58,282 nt of DNA from Cytophagales bacterium (GCA_014379925.1 JACMKY010000100.1:1-58282), one strand, 5' to 3'; counted from the first letter of the stretch, positions 1 through 10,131 are shown. Translations and numbers: made by a program. The notes: generated by a model from the letters alone, not told the origin.

Positions 1-37
1 ATGGGCAACGCAGTTTACGAAAATCCACCAACCCCCT

Positions 38-84
38 CAACCTGCAACCTGCAACCTGCAACCTGCAACCTGCAACCTGCAACC
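38..84. repeat. Perfect tandem heptanucleotide array (CAACCTG)x6 plus a partial unit
   Basis: Read directly. Six exact CAACCTG units lie at 38-79, with a partial unit to 84. The array is bracketed by the same 10-mer CCACCAACCC at 25-34 and 85-94. It lies 13 nt beyond the stop of the minus-strand flippase gene. The same heptamer array recurs at 22437-22473. Confidence 0.95.
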
Positions 85-96
85 CCACCAACCCTT

Positions 97-1611
97 TCAC
101 CCCTTCCCGTACGCGCCCAGGTAGCGGTTGACCAGGCCGTTCTTGATCCGGGAGAAGTCCAGCTTGGCCATCAGCTTCTGTATTTCCACCTTCAGGATGG
201 GGTGCGGCAGGAAAAAGATCAGCAACGTCTGCGCCAGCCCCCCGGCCAGCACCTCGGCCGCGAAGACCAGCGCCACCGGGCTGTTCACCGAACGCAGTCC
301 CGTGCCCACGGCGAAGATAACCCCCGCCACCACCAAACCGTTGAGCAGACCCGGCAGGTACCCCTTCAGCAAAGAACCGAACCCGATGGACAGGATGCGG
401 TGCATCAGGTACCCGTACATCAGGGTCTGGATAATTTCTCCGATGGCCACCGCCGTGGCAAACCCCGTCAGCCCGTAGCCCTTCAGCAGGAAGAACAACC
501 CACCCAGTATCAGCACGTACCCCAGTTTGAGCAGCAACTTGCTTTTCAGGTGGGCCGTGGCGCTGCAAACCGCGGCCGGGATGGTCGAAAGCACGTTGAA
601 GGGCACGGCCACGCACAGGATGCCCAGCACGGGAATGGATTCCGTCCACTGGTCGCCCAGCAGCACCAGCACCATCTCGCGCGAGGCGGCCATGATGCCC
701 AGGCTGATGGGCAACACCATGGCGGCAATCAGCACGATGCTCGACAGGTAGGCCTTGCCCAGCTTGTCGAGTTGCGCCTGCAACTGGCTGTACGACGAGA
801 ACATCACCTTCGAGAGGCTGTGCGTCAGTTGGTAGGTCGGCAGGTAGACCAGGTAGAAGGCCCGGTTGTAGATGCCCAGCGGGTACTGTCCCAACAGCCG
901 GCCGATGAGCAGGATGTCGAAACTGTTGCAGAAATACTCCGTGAAACTGATCAGGGAACTCTGGCTGCCGTACCGGACCAGGGGCCGGTAGTACTGCCAG
1001 TCGAAGAGGAGCCGGAGGTCGTGCCGCGCCACGAAGTTGAAGAGCAGGGCGTTGATCAGGCTCTGGCTCAGCGCGGCGTACACGATGCTCCAAACGCCCA
1101 GGCCGTTGAAGGCGCAGGTGAGGCCCACCCCCGCGTAGCCCACCACGTAAGAAGCCGTCTCCACGGCCGCCACCCGCTTAAAATCCAGCCGCCGCCGCAG
1201 CAGGCCGGCCGCCGTGGCCGCCAGTCCGTTGAAGAGCAGCGTGAAAGCCGAAGCCCGCAGGATCGGCACCACCTGCGGGTTGCCGAAGACCGCGTCGGCC
1301 GCCAACGGGGCTACCAGCCAGAAGAAGGCCGTAAACAGCAGCCCCAGCCCGAAGGAAGCGGTGAAGGACGCCCGGATGTCTTCGTTGGCCAGTTCTTTCT
1401 TCTGGATGAGGGCGTGCATGAGTCCCATCTGGGCGAAGTAGGCCCCGAAGCGGATGATCTGGTCCGACATGCTCACCAGGCCGTAGGCACCCGGCTCCAG
1501 CAACCGCGCCATCGTGGCCGAATAGCCGAGTTGAATCACGGCGTTGGCGATGGTCGAGGCCGTGCTCCACTTCACGCCCTGAACCGTTTTTGACGTCAGA
1601 CTCTGGCCCAT
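97..1611 (-). CDS. Polysaccharide biosynthesis protein, Wzx-type (MOP superfamily) flippase
   Basis: 504-aa ORF that is hydrophobic throughout, with many predicted TM segments. The N-terminus VQGVKWSTASTIANAVIQLGYSATMARLLEPGAYGLV matches the typical Wzx/polysaccharide-biosynthesis-protein start. It sits directly downstream of the wza/wzc-like genes on the same strand. Confidence 0.85.
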   Translation of the reverse strand: MGQSLTSKTVQGVKWSTASTIANAVIQLGYSATMARLLEPGAYGLVSMSDQIIRFGAYFAQMGLMHALIQKKELANEDIRASFTASFGLGLLFTAFFWLVAPLAADAVFGNPQVVPILRASAFTLLFNGLAATAAGLLRRRLDFKRVAAVETASYVVGYAGVGLTCAFNGLGVWSIVYAALSQSLINALLFNFVARHDLRLLFDWQYYRPLVRYGSQSSLISFTEYFCNSFDILLIGRLLGQYPLGIYNRAFYLVYLPTYQLTHSLSKVMFSSYSQLQAQLDKLGKAYLSSIVLIAAMVLPISLGIMAASREMVLVLLGDQWTESIPVLGILCVAVPFNVLSTIPAAVCSATAHLKSKLLLKLGYVLILGGLFFLLKGYGLTGFATAVAIGEIIQTLMYGYLMHRILSIGFGSLLKGYLPGLLNGLVVAGVIFAVGTGLRSVNSPVALVFAAEVLAGGLAQTLLIFFLPHPILKVEIQKLMAKLDFSRIKNGLVNRYLGAYGKG

Positions 1612-1623
1612 CGGTGTCCGAAA

Positions 1624-4026
1624 TTATTTGTAGTAGCCGGCTGACTTGGTCTTGTACCCGTATTCGTACGACGAATTGAAATCCATGCCGTTGATCACCA
1701 TGTACAAGTGGTTGATCTTGTTTTCGTTGTACAACTCGTTGATCGGCTCGAGCATGTCCCGGGTGGTGTACTTGTGCCTCACCACGTAGATGTTGGCATC
1801 GATGTGACGCAACAGGATGAAGTAATCCGACACGAACCCGATGGGCGGAATGTCGAGGATGATGTAATCGTACACTTCCCGCAGGGTGTGCAGCAGCGAT
1901 TCCATTTCCGGCATCCCGAGCAGTTCGATCGGATTGGGCGGGACGGGACCGGAGGTGATCACGTCCAGGTTCTTCACCTTGGTCTTGTGAATGACTTCGT
2001 CGAGCGGGTTGCTCTTGATGAGGTAGGACGACAGGCCGACCTTGTTGGCCGTCCCGAAATACCGGCTGACGGTGGGCTTGCGCAGGTCCGTTTCGATGAG
2101 CAAGGTCTTCTTGCCGGACAAGGCCAGTTCGCAACTCAGGTTCACCGAACAGAAGGTCTTGCCTTCCCCGGAGACCGATGAGGTGACGCCGATTACCTTC
2201 TTGCTGGTGCCGATGGCCAGGTACTGAAGATTCACCCGCACCGACCGGAACGACTCGGCGATGAGCGACTTGGGCTTTTCGATGATGGCCAGCTTGGATC
2301 CCTTGCCCGCGTTGGAGATCATGCCCAGAAACGGGATGCGGGTTACTTCGTTCAGGTCTTCCTTGCCCTTGATGGTGGTGTCCAGCTTGTCTTTCACCAG
2401 AATGACGGAAGCCGGAATGAAGAGGCCGATCAGCAGGGCAATGAGGAAAATGGGTTTGGCCTTGGGGAAGATCGGTTCTTCGCTGGCCAATTGGGCATCG
2501 TCAATCACCCTCTTGTCGGCTACGTTGGTGGCCAGGGCGATGGCGGCTTCGGTGCGTTTTTCCTGCAAAAAATCGCTGGTTTTGTCGTTGAGGCTGGTCT
2601 TGCCCTGCAGGTTCAACAGTTCCATCTCCTCGCCGGGCATCCGGTACACGTTGCCCTCCGCCTGCGCAATGCGCCGGTCGAGGTCGGAGAGGTTGAGGTT
2701 GGCGCTGCTGACCAGGCTGGTGAGCTGATCCACCAACGATTGCTTGGTGCTGGTGATCTTGCTCTCCACGCCCTGCAGCAGCGGGTTATCCTTCTTGGTG
2801 GAGTACACGTTGAAACCCGCCCGCTGCCGGTAGAGGTCGGACAGTTGAAGCATCAGGCTGTTGACCCCCGCGTTGTCCACGCCCACCGAGGCCGGCAGGG
2901 CGGCCGTAAAGCTTTCCGTCTGGTTTCGGAGCGTAGTCAGCACGTTTTGGTAGTATTTCAATCCCAACAGGGTCCGGTCCCGCTCGGTTTGCAGGGCCTC
3001 CAGCCGCTGGAATACGTTGCCGGACTGAATCCGGGGATCGATGAGGCGTTCCGACCGTTGGAACCTGGCCAGCGCCTGCTGGGCGCGCCGGAGCGAATCG
3101 GAGACCTGGGAGAGCTGCTTGTCGATGAAGTTGAGCGTCTTGATCCCCGTCTGGTTCTTCTCTTCCAGGTCGGACTCGATGTAGACCTCCATCAGTTTGT
3201 TGAGGAAGCGGATTTCCTTCTCGGGAATTTCGCCCTGGGTGGTCAGCTCCAGCAGCCGGGAGTCCCGGTCGAGGGGTTTGGCGACCACCTTCGACTGGTA
3301 GGTCTTGGTGAGGTAGTCCAGGTCGTTGATCACGAAGAAGTACTTGCCGCCGTCCATCGGCCGGTTCGGCTTGGGAATGATTTTGAAGCTCAGGTACTCG
3401 TCCTGGTAAGGCTGGTTCACGTCCAACGTCTTGGTGATGTCCACCTCGGAATACGTCCGGACCGGCTGGTGGTCCTGCAGGTTGTAGGTGTTGACCCGCT
3501 TGGTTTTTACCCGCAGTTGGTACTGTTTGGGGGAGAGAAGGGTGATGTAGACGGGCGCTCCCACCAGCTGGTTGTCCGCCGGGTTGAGCACCACCTTGAA
3601 GGGAAGGTCCTCGTACTTTTCCCGGACCACGTAGTCACCGAGGCGGTTGAGCCAGCCGTTCTCCACGTGGAAGTAAGAAACGGTGAAGTCCAGCCGCTCC
3701 ACCGCCCGCTTGACCATGGCCGAGGACGTAATGAGCCCTACCTCGTCCGACATCACCACCTTGGCGCCCCCGAACCGGGGGTCCAGCAGCTTCAAGGCGT
3801 CCTGCGCCCGTTTCGAGCCGCTTTCCTCCTCCATCAGCATCCGGGCCTTGAAGCCGTAGCGGGGGCTGGCCGACCGGGTGAAAAAGAAGGCGGCGGCCAG
3901 CGTGACGAGCACGGACAGCACGAAATAATACCACTGGTTGCGGAATTTGAACAGGAGCAGCGACAAATTCAACTCCCCGTCTTTCGATTCTTTTTTCATA
4001 CGCTTTGCAGCAAAATTATTTGCCAA
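1624..4026 (-). CDS. Polysaccharide co-polymerase / tyrosine autokinase (Wzc/GumC-like)
   Basis: 800 aa. It has an N-terminal TM, a long coiled-coil periplasmic region and a second TM (IFLIALLIGLFIPASVILV). The C-terminal P-loop domain carries Walker A SSVSGEGKTF, LLIETDLRKP and Walker B YIILDIPP. A terminal Tyr cluster SSYEYGYKTKSAGYYK is present. An alternative start is at 3999 (MKKESKDG). Confidence 0.9.
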   Translation of the reverse strand: MANNFAAKRMKKESKDGELNLSLLLFKFRNQWYYFVLSVLVTLAAAFFFTRSASPRYGFKARMLMEEESGSKRAQDALKLLDPRFGGAKVVMSDEVGLITSSAMVKRAVERLDFTVSYFHVENGWLNRLGDYVVREKYEDLPFKVVLNPADNQLVGAPVYITLLSPKQYQLRVKTKRVNTYNLQDHQPVRTYSEVDITKTLDVNQPYQDEYLSFKIIPKPNRPMDGGKYFFVINDLDYLTKTYQSKVVAKPLDRDSRLLELTTQGEIPEKEIRFLNKLMEVYIESDLEEKNQTGIKTLNFIDKQLSQVSDSLRRAQQALARFQRSERLIDPRIQSGNVFQRLEALQTERDRTLLGLKYYQNVLTTLRNQTESFTAALPASVGVDNAGVNSLMLQLSDLYRQRAGFNVYSTKKDNPLLQGVESKITSTKQSLVDQLTSLVSSANLNLSDLDRRIAQAEGNVYRMPGEEMELLNLQGKTSLNDKTSDFLQEKRTEAAIALATNVADKRVIDDAQLASEEPIFPKAKPIFLIALLIGLFIPASVILVKDKLDTTIKGKEDLNEVTRIPFLGMISNAGKGSKLAIIEKPKSLIAESFRSVRVNLQYLAIGTSKKVIGVTSSVSGEGKTFCSVNLSCELALSGKKTLLIETDLRKPTVSRYFGTANKVGLSSYLIKSNPLDEVIHKTKVKNLDVITSGPVPPNPIELLGMPEMESLLHTLREVYDYIILDIPPIGFVSDYFILLRHIDANIYVVRHKYTTRDMLEPINELYNENKINHLYMVINGMDFNSSYEYGYKTKSAGYYK

Positions 4027-4798
4027 TGTTGAGAACGCCCACGAAGGTAAGGAAAAGAACGGCTGAAGTGATAAAGCCCAGCAGGCTGCCGATCGGCGCG
4101 ATGTTGTTGCGGGCCGATTGCGCCTTCAAGGCCTCCACGTAGACCACGTCGTTGGGAACCAGGTAGAAGTAAGGCGACTTGATGACGTCCGCCTTGGTGA
4201 GGTCCAGCAGCACCACTTCCGTTCCCTTGGCCGTCTGCCGGACGAGCTTGATGTTCTGGCGGTTGCCAAAAACGGTCATGTCACCGGCCAGTCCCAGGGC
4301 GTCCAACAGGGTGGCCTGCCCGTTGAAGATGTAGAAGTAACCGGGCTTGCTCACCGCCCCCAGCACCACGATCTTAAAGCTCACCAGCTTCACCATGACC
4401 GTCGTGTTGGTGAAGTATTCGCCGATCTGCTTCTGGACGGCGGCTTGGGCTTCCTCCACCGTCAGGTCTTTTACCGACAGTTTCCCGACGGTGGGCAGGT
4501 TGATGCTTCCCGACTCGTCCACCGAGTAGCCGCTCAGGAACATGTTGCCCGGGTCGGAGGAATTGTTCGGGTTGGCGGGGTTGACGGTGTTGAGCGTGTT
4601 GGTGATTTCCTGCGTGGCACCCTGCACCCTCACCGACAGCACGTCGTTGGGCTGGATCCGGTAAAGGATTTTTTGGGTGGGAATGGTTTTGGCGTAACCC
4701 GATGAAAAGCTGTTGTCTTGCAGGTACGTGAGTTTTTTGTTGGGCACGCACGAACTGATGCCAAAGAGGAGGGCAAGGAGGTAAAGTATTTTTTGCAT
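4016..4798 (-). CDS. Polysaccharide export outer-membrane lipoprotein (Wza-like)
   Basis: The ORF is open to 4840, but the internal Met at 4798 gives a lipoprotein signal MQKILYLLALLFGISSC. A Poly_export-like YRIQPNDVLSVRV and an SLBB-like GAVSKPGYFYI...TLLDALGLAGD are present. It overlaps the wzc-like start by 11 nt. Confidence 0.85.
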   Translation of the reverse strand: MQKILYLLALLFGISSCVPNKKLTYLQDNSFSSGYAKTIPTQKILYRIQPNDVLSVRVQGATQEITNTLNTVNPANPNNSSDPGNMFLSGYSVDESGSINLPTVGKLSVKDLTVEEAQAAVQKQIGEYFTNTTVMVKLVSFKIVVLGAVSKPGYFYIFNGQATLLDALGLAGDMTVFGNRQNIKLVRQTAKGTEVVLLDLTKADVIKSPYFYLVPNDVVYVEALKAQSARNNIAPIGSLLGFITSAVLFLTFVGVLNIGK

Positions 4799-5006
4799 AC
4801 GTTTGATTGGGTTGTGAAGTTGGGGCCGTTGAATCCCCACCGTCTGCCTCGGGTGTCCGGCATCCGCCGCCTTCGAGTAGAGACGGGGATGGGTTACTGC
4901 GTAAAGCTGGTATCGGATAAAACAGACCAGGGAGATGAGACGGCACTCAACAACAAAGCACCCCCGTACCCGGTGAAATTAAAACCCGAATCGGGGCGAA
5001 TCCTTA

Positions 5007-5038
5007 CAAAGGTAAAAGATTCCGCCATTGCCGGTCAA
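5007..5038 (-). promoter_or_regulatory. Candidate Bacteroidota-type promoter for the wza-wzc-wzx block
   Basis: The minus strand reads TACCTTTG (5014->5007), which fits the TAnnTTTG -7 consensus. A TTG lies 21 nt upstream (5038->5036). This is a motif match only. Confidence 0.25.
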
Positions 5039-5100
5039 AGCCCTTCGCTCCCCAGCCAGTCAATTCCGGGTCTAGATGGGTTTTGCCGCCCGAAAGGTAA

Positions 5101-7914
5101 CTACCGTATTTTTACCGTCCACACGCCCGCCTCCGGTCCGCTGGCGCGGAAGACCAGGAGTTTGCTGAACGCGTCTGAATACACCACCGAAACCGGAAAC
5201 TGGCTGGCCACGGCCCCGTTGCCAACCGGCGTACCGTCGGGGCCGTAGAGGAAGGTCCGCTTTTCGCCGGGCGAGGTGAGGGCGAAGATTTTCCGGTCGG
5301 TGCCGAAGTCGTAGTACTGGCAGATTACCCCGCGCGGGGAGGTAACCGCTTTTTCGAAGAGCAGCGACGCGTTCCGGTCGATCAACGCCAGTTTTCCTTC
5401 GGATTGTCGGCTAACGACCCAGTCGCGGCCGCCCGCCTCCACCCAAAGCCGGAACGTGGCGTCTCCGGCGGGACGCGCCCACTGTTCCCGCCGTCGAACC
5501 TTGCCCGTCAGGTCCAGTTGCACCAGCTCGCCGTAGTCGGTGACGGTGGTCAGCCGCGTGGTTTCGTCGGTGAGCCCGGCTTCCACGTGCAGGGGACTGC
5601 TCACCCGGGTTCGGAGGCGAAGGGGAAAACCGGGGTACGACTGGCCCCGCCGGTTGAACGCGTGCACCGTTCCGTCGGTCTGCGTGGCCAGGAGGTAGTC
5701 CCGGTCGCGTACCCGCACGTGACGGACGGGGGTGCTCAGACGGTCGTCCAGCGGCCGGGGCCGCCAGCCGTCGAGCAGGATTCCCCGGTGGTCGAATAAA
5801 TAGAGGTTGCCGCCGATGTCGGACACCGCAAAACGGTAGTCCCCGCTGCGGTCGTAGTCCAGCACGGCCAGCGTGTGCAGGGTTGCACTGTCGGGGAGGG
5901 CAATCGGAAAGCCGGTCGCCCAGCCGCCGTTGCGGTTGAGCAAACCCAGGCGGCCCGCCGTGGCGAAGACAAACTGCGGGGGACCATCCGGGGGAAGCAG
6001 TTGCTGCACGCTGCTCACCAGGGGACCGTCCAGCTGCTTTTGTCCGATCCGCCGGCCGGCACCCGATACGAAGTGCAGTTGGTTGGCTTCGTCCTGCACG
6101 AGCATCTCGTAGGATTGGTCCTCCGGATTCCGGACCACGAAGACCGGCGTGCGGAGGGGATATTCGAACGCTACCCGGTTGTTGACCACGAAACGGTTTT
6201 CAACGGCCGGGGAGATCGTCCGCTCCCGGTAGGCAAACCGGAGGGTGGTTTCGTAGGCGTCTCCCCGGCGGGTCACCCGCAGGGCCGCCCGCTCGAAACG
6301 GCGGAAGAGGGCGGCGTGGGTGGTGAGCGTGGCCCGCCAGGTGGGGGAGGCGTTTTGCCGCAGCATTTCCCAGGCGGGTCCGGTGTGCACGAACGCGCTG
6401 AAATTCGCCGCCGCCGCGTCCTCTTCCAGGAAGGTGCGCTGCGGGACCGAATTCTCCCAGACGCGGCCCGCGGCCACCCCGTCGAGCAGGCGCTTGAGGG
6501 AAACCACGTGATCCGAAAAAACGACGTGGTTACCCACCGGCGCGTAGAAACACTGCGGAAACTCCCCGGCCCATCCCCCGAACAAACTGCCGAACGCGCA
6601 AACCGGAAACTGCGGAATGCTGATCTGGCGGATGGTGACGTTGGCGTAGCGCTCCGCGTAGGGCGGGGCGGCCTGGCGACGATCGGCTTCGGCCGCCAGG
6701 CGGCCCAGTTGATCCAGGGCCGCCCCCGGGTCCTGGGCTTCCACAAACAGCAGCCGGTTGCTGGGTTCCCCCTGGTTGTCGAGGAGTCCCAGGGCGATTT
6801 CCCGGCCTACCCAGCCGTATACCTCGCTCACGCGCAGGCCGTATTTTTCGCGCGCCTCCGTTTGGGCCCGGACGGCGGACGGGTCGTGCCGGGCCGCGTA
6901 GCGGTCCAGGGCGTCGCGCAGGCGCCGGGCGTCTTCGAAGCTCCAGTGCAGCAACACCGCCGTTTCGTCGGGCACCAGCCCCGTCAGCCGCGGGGGGCTG
7001 GCGGCCTGGTCCCGGAAAATGTCCAGCCAATCGACGGCCTCCTCCCGGGTGCGGAGCTCTCCACTGAGGCCGATCCGGTCGTTTTCGGAGGCCAGCGAAA
7101 GGCTGCCACCCCGCGCTACGGTGGAGAGCGAGCGAAAGAGATCCGCCCCTTCGGTGGCCACCATCCCGGCTACCCACTGCGGCAGGCGCGCCGGGTTGAC
7201 GTACACCCGCACGGGGTCGCTGCCCGCGCCACCGGCCAACGGTCCCCGGATTTCTGCCCACCCGTCCCCCGCCGATTCGTCCTGGATGGTGCGGACGGCG
7301 TCTTCCACCAGGAAAGGCGTGTAACTGCCGATCAGGTAGCGTTCGTGGAGGATGTACGAGAAGACGGTTTCCGGCGACCGCCGGGACTTGATTTCCCGGA
7401 TGCGGAATCCCTGGAACGTGTGCGCGTCGGTTCGGTAGGCAGGATTGTTTTCAAACTGAGTCAGCATCCGGTTCAGCCAACCCTGGTCGCCAAACTCCCC
7501 CGCGGGAACGAAGAAGAGGTAGTCGAAGTCATCGCGGGCGGTCACGTGCAGCGAGGCGGTGAGCAATCGCCCCTTCAGGAAATCGGCCAGGGGCCGGTTG
7601 GTGCGGCGGCTCATCGCGGCGAGGCTGTCCAGGCGTTCCAGCCCCGTGCGGAAGGCGGGAAGAGTAGCCAGGTTGGCCCAAACCGCCTTGGACTGGTTTT
7701 CCTGCCGCCAGGCCGGCAGATCCCGGGCTTCGAGCACCACCGCCGCGTTGGCGGGAATGAACGCCCAGGCGTCGGTCGGCCGGCGACTGCTCCACTGCTG
7801 ATAGACCAGCCAACCGGCCACCACGGCCAGCAGTGCCACCAGGACCAGACGGGTCGTTTTGTTCAAGGAACCGGGGGTTAAGTGATCAGCGTTCGGCTTT
7901 GAGCCATCAGCCAT
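5101..7914 (-). CDS. Large membrane-anchored protein, DUF3352-like N-terminal region plus beta-propeller-like C-terminal repeats
   Basis: 937 aa with a single N-terminal TM (TTRLVLVALLAVVAGWLVY). FIPANAAVVLEARDL follows, as in DUF3352 proteins (recalled, not searched). The C-terminal ~350 aa show repeated strand-rich segments (GNLYLFDHRGILLDGW, DGTVHAFNRRGQSYPGFP). Confidence 0.6.
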   Translation of the reverse strand: MADGSKPNADHLTPGSLNKTTRLVLVALLAVVAGWLVYQQWSSRRPTDAWAFIPANAAVVLEARDLPAWRQENQSKAVWANLATLPAFRTGLERLDSLAAMSRRTNRPLADFLKGRLLTASLHVTARDDFDYLFFVPAGEFGDQGWLNRMLTQFENNPAYRTDAHTFQGFRIREIKSRRSPETVFSYILHERYLIGSYTPFLVEDAVRTIQDESAGDGWAEIRGPLAGGAGSDPVRVYVNPARLPQWVAGMVATEGADLFRSLSTVARGGSLSLASENDRIGLSGELRTREEAVDWLDIFRDQAASPPRLTGLVPDETAVLLHWSFEDARRLRDALDRYAARHDPSAVRAQTEAREKYGLRVSEVYGWVGREIALGLLDNQGEPSNRLLFVEAQDPGAALDQLGRLAAEADRRQAAPPYAERYANVTIRQISIPQFPVCAFGSLFGGWAGEFPQCFYAPVGNHVVFSDHVVSLKRLLDGVAAGRVWENSVPQRTFLEEDAAAANFSAFVHTGPAWEMLRQNASPTWRATLTTHAALFRRFERAALRVTRRGDAYETTLRFAYRERTISPAVENRFVVNNRVAFEYPLRTPVFVVRNPEDQSYEMLVQDEANQLHFVSGAGRRIGQKQLDGPLVSSVQQLLPPDGPPQFVFATAGRLGLLNRNGGWATGFPIALPDSATLHTLAVLDYDRSGDYRFAVSDIGGNLYLFDHRGILLDGWRPRPLDDRLSTPVRHVRVRDRDYLLATQTDGTVHAFNRRGQSYPGFPLRLRTRVSSPLHVEAGLTDETTRLTTVTDYGELVQLDLTGKVRRREQWARPAGDATFRLWVEAGGRDWVVSRQSEGKLALIDRNASLLFEKAVTSPRGVICQYYDFGTDRKIFALTSPGEKRTFLYGPDGTPVGNGAVASQFPVSVVYSDAFSKLLVFRASGPEAGVWTVKIR

Positions 7915-8117
7915 TGGCGGTCAGCCGTTCGTAAGCCGTCAGTAGAGAAGTCATCGGCAGTGCGTTCACCAAAAACGCGCCCCGCTTTTTGCGCGCGTAC
8001 GCCACCGACGGACGCCGGGCAAAAACAGGTCAAGCAAAAATAGGGGAAAATTCGGGGAATGATTCGAGGGTTTGGCGTTTAGCCGTTGTTCATCGAGTAA
8101 ACGTCAGACGCTAAACG

Positions 8118-10058
8118 TCAATACGTGCCGCCTACTTTTCGCTGGTTCAACGTCAGTTTACCCGGAAAAGAGGGCAAGTGCCGGGGAATGCTGGTCGTTG
8201 CCGTGGTATCCGTCAGGGTGTGCAGAAAGGCAATCACCGCCTTCTTTTCGCCGGTAGTCAGGTTCAGCGGATCGGCCGGTAGCGTCTGGGTTGGCAAGTC
8301 GATTCCCATACCCGCTCCCCCGCCCCGGTTGTAGAAGTCCATTACCTCCTCCAGCGTCTGGTACACGCCGTTGTGCATGTAGGGTGCCGTCACGCCGACG
8401 TTGCGCACGGTGGGCGTTTTGAAGGCAAACCGGTGCAGGTCCTTGCGGTGGAGCGCGAACTTTCCTTCGTCGGGGTCCAGGGTGGGGTGCAGGGTGTCGG
8501 TGGTGGCGGGCACGCCGATGATTTCGGCTTCGGTATGCTCAAAAGCGGGGGGAACGGTGCCGTTGAAGAGGGGCGTAAAGTGACAGGTACCGCACTTGGC
8601 CTTTCCCAGAAACATATTGAAGCCATCCCGCTCGAGCGCGGTAAGCTTGGTTGAGTCGCCGCGCATGTACTGATCGAAACGGGCGTTGAGCCGGACCAGC
8701 GAGCGGACGTAACTGGCAATGGCTACCTTCGCGTTCCGTTCGGTAAGCGCCGGTTTCGCCCGGGGGAACGCCCGCCCGAAGAGCGCCGTGTACTGGCTGC
8801 TCTGGGCGAGGTCGCGGACCGATTTTTCCAGCGAACCGTGCATTTCAGTGGCGTTGCTCAACACATCCGTCGCCTGGTCTTCCAGGAAGGTGACGCGCAG
8901 GTCGTGGAACAACGAACGCTGCAAACCCGCGTTGAGCACGGTCGGGGCATTGCGCGCGACCGAACCCTTGAAGTCGAACGCCACGCTTTTGGCCTCTCCG
9001 TCGGCAAAGGCTTTCCGGGGATTGTGGCAGGAAGCGCAGGAACGCGACCCGTTTCCCGACAGCAACGGATCGAAGAAGAGCAGTTCTCCCAGGGCCACCC
9101 GTTCGGGGGTCAGGTGCGAATCGTGGTCGGGGGCGTAGTAATTGGGGTTGAAGGCGTCCGGGTCGAACAGGGTCCGGGCCTGGGCAGAGAGCGCCCGCAG
9201 TTCGGTAAACGCGGGAATGTCCAGCGCCCGCTGGGCATCGAGCAGCCCGCCGGAAAGGGAATTGGCGTAACCGCGGATGAACGTGGCCCGGTCGAAGCGG
9301 TCAAAGTTCCGGTTGGCGAGCACGTACTGCCGGCTGGTACGAAACGCGCGGTCCAGTTGAGCGACCAGTTGGGGGGACTTTTCCAGCAACCGCGGACGGT
9401 AGAGGCCGAAGGTTTCTTCCAGCGCACCCAGGGCGGCGGCGGCCTCCGGCAGGGAGTGGAAAGCCACCGGTGAATCAAAGCCGGAAATGCCCAGCGTAAT
9501 CACCCGGAACACTTCCAGGCGCATCGCATCGAAGACGTACCGATCGGTCAGCGGGTTGATTTCCGCCATGCGGTCCAGTCGGCGGACGTTGGAAAGCAGC
9601 ACGTTGATTTGTTGCTGCAGTTCAGGCTTGGCATCGGGCGGGTAGGGGGAGGCGCTGCCCGACGGAGTGCCGCCCGCGGCAAACAGGTATTCTTCCACCA
9701 CCTGAAAGCCTTCGGGCGGAACGATGGTTTGCAGCGGATCGTCGGCTTCCACTTCGTCGATGGGGGCCCCGTTGATGCTCTTGGCCGTCACCGGCGTGAG
9801 GTACTCCGCCAGGAACTCCACCTGCTTGTAGGCCAGCCGCGCCCGGCGAAAATTGCGTTGGATCAACGCGAGGGGCCGGTCCGCCTCGACCGCCGTTTTC
9901 AGGGCGACCACCGCCGAATCCAACTTTTGGATGGCTTGCCGGTAACGGATTTTCACCCGGGCGGCCTCCGGAACGGATTCCCGTTGGCGTTGGTAAAAAA
10001 AGGCCAGGACCACCAGACCCACGGCCAACAATCCGGCGTAGAGATACTTTCTTTTCAT
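8118..10058 (-). CDS. Di-haem cytochrome c peroxidase family protein (CCP/MauG) with long helical N-terminal extension
   Basis: 646 aa with an N-terminal TM/signal. Two CxxCH haem-c motifs are present (CASCH and CGTCH). The conserved C-terminal FKTPTVRNVGVTAPYMHNG is typical of the family. Confidence 0.88.
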   Translation of the reverse strand: MKRKYLYAGLLAVGLVVLAFFYQRQRESVPEAARVKIRYRQAIQKLDSAVVALKTAVEADRPLALIQRNFRRARLAYKQVEFLAEYLTPVTAKSINGAPIDEVEADDPLQTIVPPEGFQVVEEYLFAAGGTPSGSASPYPPDAKPELQQQINVLLSNVRRLDRMAEINPLTDRYVFDAMRLEVFRVITLGISGFDSPVAFHSLPEAAAALGALEETFGLYRPRLLEKSPQLVAQLDRAFRTSRQYVLANRNFDRFDRATFIRGYANSLSGGLLDAQRALDIPAFTELRALSAQARTLFDPDAFNPNYYAPDHDSHLTPERVALGELLFFDPLLSGNGSRSCASCHNPRKAFADGEAKSVAFDFKGSVARNAPTVLNAGLQRSLFHDLRVTFLEDQATDVLSNATEMHGSLEKSVRDLAQSSQYTALFGRAFPRAKPALTERNAKVAIASYVRSLVRLNARFDQYMRGDSTKLTALERDGFNMFLGKAKCGTCHFTPLFNGTVPPAFEHTEAEIIGVPATTDTLHPTLDPDEGKFALHRKDLHRFAFKTPTVRNVGVTAPYMHNGVYQTLEEVMDFYNRGGGAGMGIDLPTQTLPADPLNLTTGEKKAVIAFLHTLTDTTATTSIPRHLPSFPGKLTLNQRKVGGTY

Positions 10059-10078
10059 TCGCTGGCGATTCGATTAGG

Positions 10079-10117
10079 TAAAAAACCTGCCGGATTGCTC
10101 AATCCGGCAGGTTTTTC
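10079..10117 (-). terminator. Rho-independent terminator (bidirectional hairpin)
   Basis: Perfect 11-bp stem CCTGCCGGATT / AATCCGGCAGG (10086-10096 / 10101-10111) with loop GCTC. It is flanked by an A-run and a T-run. It lies 15-20 nt past the stop of the 10132 gene. Confidence 0.85.
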
Positions 10118-10131
10118 ATCGGCCGACAAAA

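Noticed and set aside
1-1593. 530-aa plus-strand ORF covering the whole flippase gene. Similar long antisense ORFs occur at 1178-2134, 2491-4032 and 5875-7881.
   Set aside because: These are shadow ORFs on the strand opposite well-supported genes in GC-rich DNA. Their translations are dominated by R, G, P, H, Q and V, with no motifs, signal peptides or sensible starts.
7965-8000. A possible terminator downstream of the peroxidase gene (minus strand CGCGC...GCGCG followed by TTTTT).
   Set aside because: The stem is only about 5 bp with a 10-12-nt loop, which is too weak to list as a feature.
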